This document shows, piece after piece, positions 38,026 to 48,551 of a DNA stretch of 64,000 bases. The translations under genes and the position numbers were made by a program. The notes under the pieces were generated by a model that was not told the origin of the DNA, did no database searches, and worked only from the letters and a program-made list of their open reading frames with translations. Source of the DNA: Deltaproteobacteria bacterium (lineage in GTDB: Bacteria; Myxococcota_A; Polyangia; Fen-1088). The stretch spans positions 160,001 through 224,000 of the forward strand of contig JANRKS010000040.1 in assembly GCA_033763315.1 (NCBI GenBank), read 5' to 3'. Each line of letters opens with the position of its first letter. The stretch's first letter is position 1.

Positions 38026-38454
38026 TTAGCTATCCTTTCGGCCAAAGCGCGCCCTGAATTTTTTCAGATCGTCTTGCCCGGACACCTGGCGTGCCACGAC
38101 ATCGCCGTTGTCAGACACGACCATGGCCCATCGCTGGTTTTTGAACTGCATATCCACAGCGACCAATCGGTCCATCCCCAGCAGTTCCCCCACCAATGTC
38201 CCTAAACGCGCGCCGTACGACAACGCTCCCGAAAATAGCTCTTCGACGGGCGAACTAGAAACCACAGCTCCATCAGGGCTAATCCGCAGCTCCCGGGTCG
38301 AGCTTGGCTCACCTGCCAGTTCAACCACTGAAGTCGATGAGACAGCGCGCTCAACCGGCTGGTTTGAATCCGCGCTGACCGGTCTTAGGGGGTATCCTCC
38401 GCTGCCGCTAAAACGATTTGTTGCCGACATGGCTAAGTCCCTTGGTTGGTTCAT
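38026..38454 (-). CDS. Hypothetical protein, possibly roadblock-like
   Basis: 2 nt from the downstream roadblock gene; LVGELLGMDRLVAVD segment; shares VVSDxGDVVAR with neighbour. Confidence 0.6.
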   Translation of the reverse strand: MNQPRDLAMSATNRFSGSGGYPLRPVSADSNQPVERAVSSTSVVELAGEPSSTRELRISPDGAVVSSSPVEELFSGALSYGARLGTLVGELLGMDRLVAVDMQFKNQRWAMVVSDNGDVVARQVSGQDDLKKFRARFGRKDS

Positions 38455-38733
38455 CTCACTGGCAAAGCCTAGCGCGGACCCCGTTAACCCCAGGTTTCCG
38501 ACAAGGCAATTGCAAGTGAAAATCCGTTTGGGCCCGGGAACAAATTCACCCTGTTTTTCGGGGTCTGCCCGAGGCGCCGTTTTACTTACATCAGCGCCCG
38601 TCCGCCCCCACGCGTAATGCGTTTTTTACCCCTGCGCCTTCCTTAAATCGACGCAAAGGTTGGCGGACCACGCATTTGCTCGTAACCTTGAAGAATCTTA
38701 TCGCTTTGCACTTAACTTAAAGACTTAGGCACG

Positions 38734-39903
38734 ATGATCGAAGCTTCTTGGGGGATTCGTCGGCATCTGCGCAGGGACCTGGGGCCGCTTGCATTTGCGT
38801 TGGCAATGGCAAGCGTGGCTGTAGGGTGCGCCGGATCTGACGCAACGAGCACCGGCGACGCCATTGCGGACGCCGGCGCTGACACTGGCGCGGCCGCGGC
38901 CGATGTCGACATTCCTGGGCGCACGCGGCCTGAGCAAGGCGACGACGAAGACGGCGCCGGACTGGCGGGAACTTCAGACGGCGGAGCCAACGACGACGGG
39001 CGTGGGCCACCAGCCCTGGTTACGGTCAAACAAGGCTGCGATATGCGCGCGGATCGCTTGTGCTCGAAGTTGCAAGATTGCTCGGAATTTTTCCTGCGCC
39101 TTGTGTTCGGCAAAGCCGATGTGTGCCGCGCGCGCCTCGCCGCTGATTGTATGGCACAGGCCAGTGCACCGGATGTGTCCATCACGCAATACTCCTTGGT
39201 GAGATGTGCACAGGAAATTTCAGCGCAAACCTGCGCCGAAATAATTGATCGGCAAGAGCCAGACGCGTGCAATCCGATGGGCCTGCGTCGTGAAGGCAAA
39301 CGGTGCGGTGGCAACCTGCAGTGTGCCACAGGCTTTTGCGCGGCCAGCGGTGACATGTGTGGCCGCTGCGAAGCCAAGCGTGGCGCGGGCGAATCTTGTG
39401 AAAGCGACGCCGCCTGCATGTCGGGTTTGCACTGTAGCGGCAAGGGGAAATGTGTGCGCCGCGGCTCGTTGGGCGACGCCTGTGGCGGCGAAAATCAAGA
39501 ATGCGGCACGCTGCTGGCCTGCCGCGCGGGCAGGTGTGCTGTGCCCCTCGTCGCCGACGCGCCGTGCACCAACACCGACGAGTGCACGCGAGCCGTGGGG
39601 CAAGTGTGTGCCGCGCCCAACGGAGGCGTGGGCAACGCGCTGGCCTTGCCGGTGCTGCAATGCCGCGCATCAGTGCTGGGTGCCCCCGGAACGATCTGCC
39701 GCGAGGGGAACAGCCTCACAGCGTATTGCGCTGGAGGGCAAGCCAATTGTGTCGAAGACGACAAAGGCATTTTTCGCTGCGTGGCCCCTGCCATGGACGG
39801 GCAGCCGTGCGGCGACAAAGCCAACGGCCGTTCGTGCATAATGCCAGCCGTGTGCGTGGCCGGCGCGTGTCGCTTGGGGCCCGTCACCAGCTGCCAGCCG
39901 TGA
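38734..39903 (+). CDS. Cys-rich lipoprotein (myxobacterial-type disulfide repeats)
   Basis: Lipobox AVGC, acidic/Gly linker, repeated GxxC...C.SGL.C...C modules. Confidence 0.8.
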   Translation: MIEASWGIRRHLRRDLGPLAFALAMASVAVGCAGSDATSTGDAIADAGADTGAAAADVDIPGRTRPEQGDDEDGAGLAGTSDGGANDDGRGPPALVTVKQGCDMRADRLCSKLQDCSEFFLRLVFGKADVCRARLAADCMAQASAPDVSITQYSLVRCAQEISAQTCAEIIDRQEPDACNPMGLRREGKRCGGNLQCATGFCAASGDMCGRCEAKRGAGESCESDAACMSGLHCSGKGKCVRRGSLGDACGGENQECGTLLACRAGRCAVPLVADAPCTNTDECTRAVGQVCAAPNGGVGNALALPVLQCRASVLGAPGTICREGNSLTAYCAGGQANCVEDDKGIFRCVAPAMDGQPCGDKANGRSCIMPAVCVAGACRLGPVTSCQP

Positions 39904-40709
39904 GCGATCCGTTTTCGGAAGAGCTGGCGGTGGCGCGCGAGGCCTGCGAGGCGGCCGCAGCGTTGATAAGGCAGATCGGCCCTGACCACATCGTGGCGAA
40001 GCCCGATGGCTCGCCGGTCACGGCCGCCGACCTGCGCGCCAACGAGATCATTCTTGCCACGCTCGCTCGATCGTTTCCTGATGATGGCGTGCTCAGCGAA
40101 GAAAGCACGGACAGTCAAGCCAGGTTGCAAAAGCCACGCGTTTGGATTGTTGATCCGTTGGATGGCACACGCGATTTTGTTCACGGCACCGGGCAATACG
40201 CCGTGCACGTGGGCCTCGCGGTGCAAGGCAAAGCCACGCTGGGCGTTGTGGCTGAACCGGCGGCTTGCCGCGTGTCGTGGGCGGTGCGGGGCCAAGGCGC
40301 GTTTGTAAGCGAAAGCGGCGAACGGCCCCAGCGGTTGGCGGTCTCGAAAATGGCAACGTTCAGCGATTTTCGCATCGGCACCACACGCTACGCCATGTCG
40401 CCCGCGGTGCAGGCGTTCTTGAGCGCAGAGCCGCCGCTTGCCGGCATACCCATGGGCGCTTCAACCAAGCTGATGGCCTTGGCGCGTGCAGAGTTGGAGG
40501 CGTGCGTGTGGCTGTCGGCCGCAGAGAAAGAATGGGACACCTGCGCGCCTGAAGTCATCGTGGAAGAAGCGGGCGGCTGCCTCACAGATGCGCTCGGCCA
40601 TCCCTTCGTGTACAACAAACGCGACGTCGTTCACCGCTTGGGCATCGTCGCAAGTCACGGGCTCGACCACGTGTCTTTGCTGGCCAGAGCCGCACGTTTT
40701 TTTCCATGA
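39900..40709 (+). CDS. 3'(2'),5'-bisphosphate nucleotidase CysQ / inositol monophosphatase family
   Basis: SPVTAAD, LSEE, WIVDPLDGT, EWDTCA; GTG start overlaps upstream TGA. Confidence 0.9.
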   Translation: MSDPFSEELAVAREACEAAAALIRQIGPDHIVAKPDGSPVTAADLRANEIILATLARSFPDDGVLSEESTDSQARLQKPRVWIVDPLDGTRDFVHGTGQYAVHVGLAVQGKATLGVVAEPAACRVSWAVRGQGAFVSESGERPQRLAVSKMATFSDFRIGTTRYAMSPAVQAFLSAEPPLAGIPMGASTKLMALARAELEACVWLSAAEKEWDTCAPEVIVEEAGGCLTDALGHPFVYNKRDVVHRLGIVASHGLDHVSLLARAARFFP

Positions 40710-41401
40710 TTCAGAACCCACCACCACTGCTGCTGTTTGTAGATGGCATTGATGGCAGCGGCAAATCCACGTGGGCGCGCCAAGCAAGCGACGCGCTTCG
40801 CGCCATGGGCACCAGCGTGTGGCCACTTTCCGTCGACGACTTTCGCACGCCGGTGGACTGGCACGCACACGGCGCTGCACAGGCGCAAGCCTACTACGAC
40901 GAATACTTTGATTTGCAGTTGCTCGATGATGTCTTGCGTGACGTAGCCCGGGGCCAACGGAAACTTCGTTTACCCGTGTTCACCGAGGGGCATCCGCGCG
41001 CCTGGCAAGAGGTGCAGATCGAGGCCTGCGATGTGGTGTTGCTGGAGGGTGTCTTCACCCAACGTCTTGCGACGGCGGCAGGCGCAGGCTTGGTGTACGT
41101 CGACGTAGAGTGGGCCCTGGCCCGCGAGCGCATTCTGGTCCGTGATCAAGCGAAAGGCCGGACAGCCAGCGACGTGAACGACCGGATCGATCAACGCTAC
41201 ATACCTGGCCAACGCATGTACGAGGTACAGTGCCGCCCTCGATCAAGAGCGCATTGGGTGGCCACCTTCGATAAGGCAAGCGAGGCACTGCGGCTGACCC
41301 GCACCGCCAACGATCTGCCCCCCCACCCCTTGTGGCCGCAGGTGGAACAGGCGATCTACAAGGCGAGCGCAAGGCCTGCTATGAACGTCGACGACGCATG
41401 A
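40706..41401 (+). CDS. Uridine kinase-like P-loop kinase
   Basis: VDGIDGSGKST, SVDDF, LLEGVF, RYIPGQRMY. Confidence 0.8.
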   Translation: MIQNPPPLLLFVDGIDGSGKSTWARQASDALRAMGTSVWPLSVDDFRTPVDWHAHGAAQAQAYYDEYFDLQLLDDVLRDVARGQRKLRLPVFTEGHPRAWQEVQIEACDVVLLEGVFTQRLATAAGAGLVYVDVEWALARERILVRDQAKGRTASDVNDRIDQRYIPGQRMYEVQCRPRSRAHWVATFDKASEALRLTRTANDLPPHPLWPQVEQAIYKASARPAMNVDDA

Positions 41402-41904
41402 GGATCGAAAACAACAAAGTCGTCACCATCGAGTACAAGTTGATGCTTGAAGATGGCACAGTCGTGGATTCGTCGGCAGGCAAGGCGCCGCACGTGTATC
41501 TGCAAGGCGCTGGCAACATCGTGCCCGGCCTTGAAGTGGCGCTCGAAGGCCACAGTGAGGGCGCAGAGCTGGATGTGAAAGTCCTGCCCACAAGCGCGTA
41601 TGGGCGCCGCAACGATGAACTTGTGCACAAGGTGCCACGCTCCAAGTTTCCGCCAGGCGAGATCAAGATCGGCATGAAGTTTGAAGCTGAGGGCAAGCGC
41701 GGCCCTGCCTTGTTGCGCGTGGTTGGCCTTGATGACAACGACGTAACTGTGGACAGCAACCACCCACTGGCTGGCAAGACGCTTGTGTTCTCGGTGAAAG
41801 TCTTAAACGTGCGCGACGCCACGCCGGCGGAGCTAGCCGACCGACGCGCTCACACCGCAGGCTACGTTCATCCCAACTTTCGCTCCGACGTCAAACCGTC
41901 GTGA
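41398..41904 (+). CDS. slyD: FKBP-type peptidyl-prolyl isomerase (SlyD-like)
   Basis: VVTIEY...VVDSS, YLQGAGNIVPGLE, VDSNHPLAGKTL; short tail with few His. Confidence 0.85.
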   Translation: MRIENNKVVTIEYKLMLEDGTVVDSSAGKAPHVYLQGAGNIVPGLEVALEGHSEGAELDVKVLPTSAYGRRNDELVHKVPRSKFPPGEIKIGMKFEAEGKRGPALLRVVGLDDNDVTVDSNHPLAGKTLVFSVKVLNVRDATPAELADRRAHTAGYVHPNFRSDVKPS

Positions 41905-44351
41905 GGCAAGCGCAGTTCGCGCAGCAATTTGCGAAGGCCGTCGCCGGTCAAGGGCTTGGCCACCACGCCATCCATGCCCGCAGCGATACACGCCGAACGC
42001 TCTTCAGGCATGGCCGAGGCCGTGAGGGCAAACACAGGCACACGGTTGTTGCCTTGGGTCGTCTCCCACGTGCGAATCGAGCGCGTGGCTTGCAGACCAT
42101 CCAGCTCCGGCATCTGAACGTCCATGAGCACCACATCCCACGCGCCTGTCTTGAACATCTCGAAGGCCATGAAACCATTGTCGGCCACCGCCACAGCATG
42201 GCCGTCGCGGCTCAACAGAGATCGCGCCACCAACTGATTGATGGCGTTGTCTTCCGCCACAAGAACACGTAAAGGCCCCGATCGCGCCGGCGGCACCAAA
42301 CAGGTCTGGGGCTGCTGCGATTGCTCGTCCTCGGGCGCGGCCATAAGTTCGATCGTGAACGTGCTTCCGACGCCGTAGGCGCTGGTGACCGACACGCGGC
42401 CGCCCATAGCCGTGATCAATTCACGACTGATGGCAAGGCCCAATCCGGTGCCTCCGAAGCGCCGCGTGGTCGAAGCGTCGCCCTGAGAAAACCGCTGAAA
42501 TAGCCGTTCAAGCTGCGTGGGCTCAATCCCAATGCCCGTATCCCGCACATGCACCAGCCAGCTGCCGTTGGGTGCCTGTGGTGAGGGTGCCGATGACTCG
42601 AGGCGAACCTCAACCTCACCCTGTTTGGTAAATTTGATGGCGTTGCCCACCAAATTGAACAGCGCTTGGCGAATGCGCCCGGCGTCTCCCATCACCTGAG
42701 CGTTTGCTTGTTCGTGCAGGATCAGAGCCACCGACTTTGCCTGCGCTTGTACACCAAGAACCGTCACCACGTCGCGCGCCACGCTATTGAGATCGACGGG
42801 CAAATTCTCGAATTGAATGCGGCCCGCCTCGATGCGCGACCAATCCAGAATGTCATTAAGGATTTGCAGCAGCGCCCGGCCGCTGGCCTGAATCGATTGC
42901 AGCATCTCGCGCTGTTGTGGCAACAAGGGCGTGCTCAACAGAACGTCGGTCAAACCGATCACGCCGTTCATGGGTGTGCGGATCTCGTGGCTCATCGTCG
43001 CCAAGAATTCACTCTTGGCGCGGCCGGCGTCCTCTGCGGCCTGTTTGGCGCGACGCAGATCCTGCTCAGCGGCACGTGCCACCGTCACGTCGTGAGCGAT
43101 CGCGATCAGCAAACGTGTTCCGGGCACGCCCGATGCCACCCAACTCAGCGTGCGCCATGAGCCGTCCTTGCACCGGTAGCGATTCTCGAAATTAATCGTG
43201 GATGCGCCATGGCTTAGACGCTCGGCCTCCGCGATAGTGCTGGCTGCGTCGTCAGGATGAACCAAATCGAGGAACGGCCGCGCCAAGAGTTCAGCTTCCG
43301 TCCATCCCAACACAGCGGTCCACGCGGGGTTTAGACGCACAAAATAGCCATCGGCCGAAGCGATGCACAGGAGGTCCAAGGAGATCGTGAAGAAGCGCTC
43401 CACCTGCTGTTCCGCCCGCGTCCGATCCTCTTCTGCCTTACGCATGCTGGTGACGTCTGTAAAGGAGGCCACCACGCCTCGCGCCTGTTGATCAGACGCA
43501 TCACCCATGGGTTGGGCGTTGATCAGAATCCACCGCAGATCTCCATCGGAGCGGCCCACACCCATGACAACGTTGCGCACCGGCTCACCCGTCGCCAGCG
43601 CCACCATCGCGGGATGCTGATCGATGGGAAAGGGCGAACCGTCTTCGTGAACCGTTCGCCACGGCCCCTCGCGCGAGGTGAGGCCCAGGACCTCATCCTG
43701 GGTCAGGCCCAAAATGCGTTCAGCCGCGGGGTTGCACGAAGAAATATGGCCATCGGCGGCATGCACCACCAAGCCGTCATGCATCGCATGGAAGATGGCC
43801 TTGATCTTGTGTTCGTCATGACGGCTTTCTACAAGCCGTTGTTCAAGCTCACCCTGGCGCAAGCGCAGCTCGAACAGAAGCTCCGCTTGTCGACCGAGCA
43901 GCTTCAGTTGCTTGAGCGCCTGCGCAGAAATGGTACGGGCCTCGTAGCCGGCGATGCACAACGTGCCCAGCGGCAGCTGCATCGGCCCCACACGCAATGG
44001 CACACCGACGTAGAACCTGAGGTGGGGCGGCCCAAGCACCAAAGGGTTGTCGCGAAACCTTTCGTCCTTCGTCGCATCCTGCACCACCAAACAATCGTGT
44101 GCCTGCAAAATGGCGTGGGCACAGAACGACACCGCGCGCGGTGTCTCAGCTACGTCTAGCCCGACCCGCGCTTTGAACCACTGGCGCCCCTCAGCGACAA
44201 GACTGACGAGGGCGATTGGCGCTTCAGCTGCCTCCACCGCCAACTCCACCAAGCCGTCAAAGTCTGGTTCGGCGAGGGTGTCCAAAACCTCGCATCGTTG
44301 GAGCAGCTGGAGTCGCTCGCACTCCTGAAGGTGGAAAGGGGGTGCCGGCAT
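41868..44351 (-). CDS. Cytoplasmic hybrid sensor kinase GAF-PAS-PAS-HisKA-HATPase-REC
   Basis: GAF SFCAHAI...LRFYVGVPL; two PAS domains; [11 protein letters not shown]; GGTGLGL; VAEDN...[11 protein letters not shown]. Confidence 0.95.
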   Translation of the reverse strand: MPAPPFHLQECERLQLLQRCEVLDTLAEPDFDGLVELAVEAAEAPIALVSLVAEGRQWFKARVGLDVAETPRAVSFCAHAILQAHDCLVVQDATKDERFRDNPLVLGPPHLRFYVGVPLRVGPMQLPLGTLCIAGYEARTISAQALKQLKLLGRQAELLFELRLRQGELEQRLVESRHDEHKIKAIFHAMHDGLVVHAADGHISSCNPAAERILGLTQDEVLGLTSREGPWRTVHEDGSPFPIDQHPAMVALATGEPVRNVVMGVGRSDGDLRWILINAQPMGDASDQQARGVVASFTDVTSMRKAEEDRTRAEQQVERFFTISLDLLCIASADGYFVRLNPAWTAVLGWTEAELLARPFLDLVHPDDAASTIAEAERLSHGASTINFENRYRCKDGSWRTLSWVASGVPGTRLLIAIAHDVTVARAAEQDLRRAKQAAEDAGRAKSEFLATMSHEIRTPMNGVIGLTDVLLSTPLLPQQREMLQSIQASGRALLQILNDILDWSRIEAGRIQFENLPVDLNSVARDVVTVLGVQAQAKSVALILHEQANAQVMGDAGRIRQALFNLVGNAIKFTKQGEVEVRLESSAPSPQAPNGSWLVHVRDTGIGIEPTQLERLFQRFSQGDASTTRRFGGTGLGLAISRELITAMGGRVSVTSAYGVGSTFTIELMAAPEDEQSQQPQTCLVPPARSGPLRVLVAEDNAINQLVARSLLSRDGHAVAVADNGFMAFEMFKTGAWDVVLMDVQMPELDGLQATRSIRTWETTQGNNRVPVFALTASAMPEERSACIAAGMDGVVAKPLTGDGLRKLLRELRLPHDGLTSERKLG

Positions 44352-44453
44352 TCGTTTAAGCCCATCGGCGGGTCGCCCGGCGCACACAAGACACATCGCG
44401 TCGCAATGCGCATCAACTGACAGCTGGCGAACTCTGCACTAAAGTCGCCCGCC

Positions 44454-45050
44454 ATGATTCATCTCCGCGCCGTCACCTCTTCCTTGATCGCCGCCACGTT
44501 GGCGTTGGCCGTCCAGGCTTGTGCTTCAAGCCCCGCGCCCGCCCCGGAAACGGCCGCCAGCCAAACAACGCCCTCCGGCCCGCCGCCAAAGCTTGGCCCC
44601 GAGGAAATGAAGCAAGCGCGCCTCAACGCCCAAGTTGTGGCCGGCACGTGGCTGCTGCTGGTGGATAAGGGCGAGCTCATCACCAGCTGGGACACGGCCG
44701 CCCGCCGTCTGCAGGATTTCGTGCCCGCGGGCGATTGGAAAGCGGGCCTTGAAAAGGCGCGTGGCCCGTTCGGCGAAATGCAACGCCGCCACTTCGTGAA
44801 GACAAAGTACACCAACAAGCTGCAGCCTCCGGGCCACTACGTGGTGGTGAGCTATCACAGCCAATTCGCCAAATCGCCGGCCAAGGAATCCGTGACGGTG
44901 GTGCGCGAAGCCGACAACCAGTGGCGCGTGGTCATGTATGGCATCGAGAAGACCGATACACCGCCGCCCGCCGAAGAAGCCCCCACCGAGCCACAGAACG
45001 AAGCGGTTGAAGCCACCGAGCCAGGCGCCACGGAAGCGCCAGCACCTTAG
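44454..45050 (+). CDS. DUF4019-like lipoprotein
   Basis: Lipobox VQAC, WLLLVDKG..SW, RGPFG, YVVVSYHSQF, WRVVMY. Confidence 0.75.
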   Translation: MIHLRAVTSSLIAATLALAVQACASSPAPAPETAASQTTPSGPPPKLGPEEMKQARLNAQVVAGTWLLLVDKGELITSWDTAARRLQDFVPAGDWKAGLEKARGPFGEMQRRHFVKTKYTNKLQPPGHYVVVSYHSQFAKSPAKESVTVVREADNQWRVVMYGIEKTDTPPPAEEAPTEPQNEAVEATEPGATEAPAP

Positions 45051-45055
45051 TGGCT

Positions 45056-45841
45056 CTAGCCGTGCACGGCCGCGCCGAATTCGCGCATGAAAGCGAGTTC
45101 GGCGCCCGACAGCGGCCCCCGCTCGATCGCGGTTAGGTTGTTCTGGAGTTGGTCTTCGTCTTTGGGCCCCATTAAAACGATGTCGACGGCCGGATGGCTT
45201 AAACAGAAGCGGTAACAGTCTCCCGCCGTTGGCACGGGGCCATTCCAACCTGAAGGCGGTTTCAATAAACGCCGCCATGCCGTGGCTGTGTAAGCCACCA
45301 CCGCCGGCCCGCGCGTGGCCACATGCGGGAAAATGTCGCGTTCGGCACCCGGGTGAGCGGCGTTGTAGCGGATCATCAGCACGTCAAGCGGACTGTCTTT
45401 GGCGAGCGCGCCCGCACGAACACGATCGTGAATCGACACGCCCAGCGCACCGACTTTGCCCTCGTCTTTGAGGCGCACCATCTCGTCGACCACACCCGCA
45501 CGCCATGCCGACATCTTGCCCAACCAGTAAAGTTGCAAGACATCGAGCCGTTCGGTCTTCAGCACCTTTAGGCAGCGCTCAACGTGCCTGCGCACCGACC
45601 CGGGGAAGAACCCGAAGGTAGGTCCCGTGGCCAACACCAGCCTTTGCCGTTGTGACGACGGCATGTTTTGCAACACCTTGGTTAGCAGGCGGGCCCGCGG
45701 GTTCCAAAACACGTACTGCAGGCCCGCGGCAATAGCGGCGTGAACCCCCACCTCTGTTAACCCAAAGCCCGCAGACAACCCCACCCGATGTAGGCCGCGG
45801 CCCAAGGCTGGCACGTGTTTATGCAGAAAATCTTCAGGCAT
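45056..45841 (-). CDS. Aldo/keto reductase-like protein
   Basis: LKTERLDVLQL, GKVGALGVSIH, LMIRYNAAHPGAE, YRFCLSHPAVD. Confidence 0.82.
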   Translation of the reverse strand: MPEDFLHKHVPALGRGLHRVGLSAGFGLTEVGVHAAIAAGLQYVFWNPRARLLTKVLQNMPSSQRQRLVLATGPTFGFFPGSVRRHVERCLKVLKTERLDVLQLYWLGKMSAWRAGVVDEMVRLKDEGKVGALGVSIHDRVRAGALAKDSPLDVLMIRYNAAHPGAERDIFPHVATRGPAVVAYTATAWRRLLKPPSGWNGPVPTAGDCYRFCLSHPAVDIVLMGPKDEDQLQNNLTAIERGPLSGAELAFMREFGAAVHG

Positions 45842-45919
45842 ACACGAGAGCGTACCGCTTGCACCCCATTTTGGCGCGGGCGGGCCGCGGCGCCGCCCGG
45901 CCTACTGCGGCATTTCACC

Positions 45920-45947
45920 TTGTTCGCAAGGGGCCCCGTGCTAACGT
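45920..45947 (+). promoter_or_regulatory. Putative sigma70 promoter of ccm operon
   Basis: TTGTTC-N16-TAACGT with TG extension, about 95 nt before ccmF (AGGA RBS). Confidence 0.35.
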
Positions 45948-46042
45948 CAGTGCAACTGGTGGGTGGGGCGGGTGATTCGTTATTTCGCGGCAGGGAAGAA
46001 ACCGCCGCTGGCGTGTGTTCTACTTCGCTTTAGGAACAACTC

Positions 46043-48532
46043 ATGGCAACTTTCGGCACGCTGACCCTCCTGTTGGCCTTTGTGGTTGCGACTTATGGCG
46101 GCGTCGCCTCGGTCGTCGGCGCCAAGCGCGGCAACCAACGCCTCATCGCTTCAGGGCGAGGCGCGTCTTACCTGTTGGCGGCCGTTTTGGGGCTGTCATC
46201 GGTGGCCCTGCTGTATGCGTTCGTGTCGCAGGACTATTCGATCAAGTACGTGCAGCATTACAGCGATGCCAGCTCACCGCTGTTTTACCGCATCACCGCC
46301 TATTGGGGCGGGCTCGATGGTTCAATCTTGTGGTGGGTGTTTTTGCTCTCCGTGTTCGGCGCCATCGCCATCCACACCAACCGCCACCGCCACAAAGAGA
46401 TCCTGCCCTACGCCATCGCCACCATCATGGTTGTGGCTGATTTCTTCTTGTTCTTGATCCTGTACCACAAGAACCCGTTCTCCACGTTCATGGGTGATGC
46501 GCCCATCACCGGCAACGGCTTGAACCCGCTGCTGCAAAACGCTTACATGATCACGCACCCGCCGTCGCTTTATGTGGGCTTCGTGGGCATGACGATTCCG
46601 TTCGCGTTTGCGATGGGATCGCTGATATCGGGCCACTTGGATGACGCCTGGATCATGTCTGTGCGCAAGTGGACGATCATCGCGTGGTTCTTCCTATCGA
46701 TGGGCCTCACGCTCGGTATGTTGTGGGCTTACGAAGAATTGGGATGGGGCGGCTTTTGGGGCTGGGATCCGGTGGAAAACGCAGGTGCGTTGCCGTGGTT
46801 CACTGCAACCGCGTTCTTGCATTCGATCATGATTCAAGAGCGCCGGGGCATGATGAAGATCTGGAACTTCACCCTGGTGATCTTGACGTTCCTGCTCACC
46901 ATCTTCGGCACGTTCATGACCCGCTCGGGCATCGTTCAATCGGTGCACGCGTTCGGCCAAGACACCAAGCTGGCGTGGATCTTTGTGGGTTTTATGGCCA
47001 GCGCCATCGTGATCACGTTTGGCATCTTGATCTGGCGCCTGCCCGCGTTGCGGTCACGCGGGCAACTGGATTCGCTGCTGTCGCGAGAGGCCGCGTTCTT
47101 GTTCAACAACTGGATCTTGGTGTTCATCGCGTTCTTCGTGCTGTTCGCCACCATGTATCCCACGCTCTCTGAGGCCATCAGTGGCGAACGTTTGACGATA
47201 GGCCAGCCGTTCTTCAACAAGTGGATGGTGCCGATGGGCCTCACCTTGTTGTTGCTGACAGGCATCGGCCCACTCATCGCGTGGCGCAAAGCCTCGGCCA
47301 GCAACTTCAAGTACCAATTCACTTTTCCTGGGTTGGCCGCGTTGGTCACTTTGGTTCTCTGTTTGGTATTCGGCATGGGCTCGTCCGTTGCCGCCGTTAT
47401 CTGTTTCTGCTTCTGCGCGTTTACGGGCGGCACCATCACGCAAGAGTTCGTGCGCGGCATCCGCATTCGCAAGAAGAACACCGGCAGCGATGTGTTCTCG
47501 GCGTTCTTGGGCATGTTGCTGCGCGGCCGCCGTCGCTACGGTGGGTATGTGGTGCACGTAGGCATCGTGCTGATGTTCATCGGCTTCGGCGGCCAGGCTT
47601 ACAAGAAGGAAAAGCAGGTCGAGATGAAGGCCGGGCAGCAAATTCAGTTCGCTGGTTACACGCTGAAGCTGATCGCCTTGCGCCACGAAGAAGATCGCCA
47701 AAAAGAAATGATCACCGGCGAGATCGCCGTGTTCGTGCGTGGCAAAGAGATCGATCGTCTGCAGCCCGCCATGTGGTACTACGCGAATAAGAACAACGAT
47801 CGAACCACCGAGGTGGCCATTCGACGCTCGCCTGCCGAAGACTTGTACATGACCCTCGGCAACTACGATCTGTCGCAGGGCATCGCGAACCTGGAGTTAA
47901 AGCTGAACCCCCTGGTGGATTGGATTTGGCTGGGCTTCATGATGTTGGCGTTTGGCACTGGCATCGCCCTGTTGCCCGAACGCGTGCTGGCCCCGTTGGC
48001 GGCGAAGGTCAAGGAAGACCTGGGCGCCACAGCCACCACGGCAGCCGTGCTGTTGTTGGCAGGCGCGCTGTTGCTGCCAGGGCGCGCGATGGCGGCACCC
48101 TCGCAGGCGCAGATCGACGCCGAGATGGATTGGTTCGGCAAGAACCTGATGTGTATGTGCGGCTGCCGTCACTTGCTGGGCGATTGTGGCGAAGCGGAAT
48201 GCCAATACGCTCCCAAGGAGTTTGCCATCATCCGGGGTATGCTGGAGCAGGGCAAAACACGGGATGAAGTGATTCAATTCTTCATCGCCAAGTACGATGG
48301 ACAATCAGCGTTGGCGGCTCCTTTGGACAAGGGCTTCAACCGTTTGGCCTGGGCGCTTCCTTACGGCTTTGGCTTGGCAGGGGCGGGCGGTTTGGCCTAT
48401 GGTGCGTGGCGCTTCTCGCGCAAGCCGAAGAGCGCGGGCGATGTTGGGGTTGGCAAGCCTGTGGAGGCGCCTGCGGCGGCAAACCCTGACCTTGAAGACA
48501 AACTGGACGAAGAACTCGACAAGCTAGATTAA
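46043..48532 (+). CDS. ccmF: Cytochrome c heme lyase CcmF fused to C-terminal CcmH-like domain
   Basis: WWD motif WAYEELGWGGFWGWDPVEN, HPP, SVHAF, YGGYVVHVG; C-terminal NLMCMCGC...C...TRDEVIQFFIAKY. Confidence 0.93.
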   Translation: MATFGTLTLLLAFVVATYGGVASVVGAKRGNQRLIASGRGASYLLAAVLGLSSVALLYAFVSQDYSIKYVQHYSDASSPLFYRITAYWGGLDGSILWWVFLLSVFGAIAIHTNRHRHKEILPYAIATIMVVADFFLFLILYHKNPFSTFMGDAPITGNGLNPLLQNAYMITHPPSLYVGFVGMTIPFAFAMGSLISGHLDDAWIMSVRKWTIIAWFFLSMGLTLGMLWAYEELGWGGFWGWDPVENAGALPWFTATAFLHSIMIQERRGMMKIWNFTLVILTFLLTIFGTFMTRSGIVQSVHAFGQDTKLAWIFVGFMASAIVITFGILIWRLPALRSRGQLDSLLSREAAFLFNNWILVFIAFFVLFATMYPTLSEAISGERLTIGQPFFNKWMVPMGLTLLLLTGIGPLIAWRKASASNFKYQFTFPGLAALVTLVLCLVFGMGSSVAAVICFCFCAFTGGTITQEFVRGIRIRKKNTGSDVFSAFLGMLLRGRRRYGGYVVHVGIVLMFIGFGGQAYKKEKQVEMKAGQQIQFAGYTLKLIALRHEEDRQKEMITGEIAVFVRGKEIDRLQPAMWYYANKNNDRTTEVAIRRSPAEDLYMTLGNYDLSQGIANLELKLNPLVDWIWLGFMMLAFGTGIALLPERVLAPLAAKVKEDLGATATTAAVLLLAGALLLPGRAMAAPSQAQIDAEMDWFGKNLMCMCGCRHLLGDCGEAECQYAPKEFAIIRGMLEQGKTRDEVIQFFIAKYDGQSALAAPLDKGFNRLAWALPYGFGLAGAGGLAYGAWRFSRKPKSAGDVGVGKPVEAPAAANPDLEDKLDEELDKLD

Positions 48533-48551
48533 AGCGGTGGATTAAAGCCCT

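Noticed and set aside
38455-38733. Possible c-di-GMP-I riboswitch (GGCAAAG and GACGCAAAG words) in a long intergenic region
   Set aside because: The words are about 190 nt apart and lack the GNRA-capped P2 stem arrangement; an Infernal/Rfam scan would settle it.
39450-39899. Arg-rich N-terminal extension of the CysQ-like ORF
   Set aside because: Alternate frame of the Cys-rich lipoprotein gene; the GTG at 39900 overlapping the stop is the natural start.
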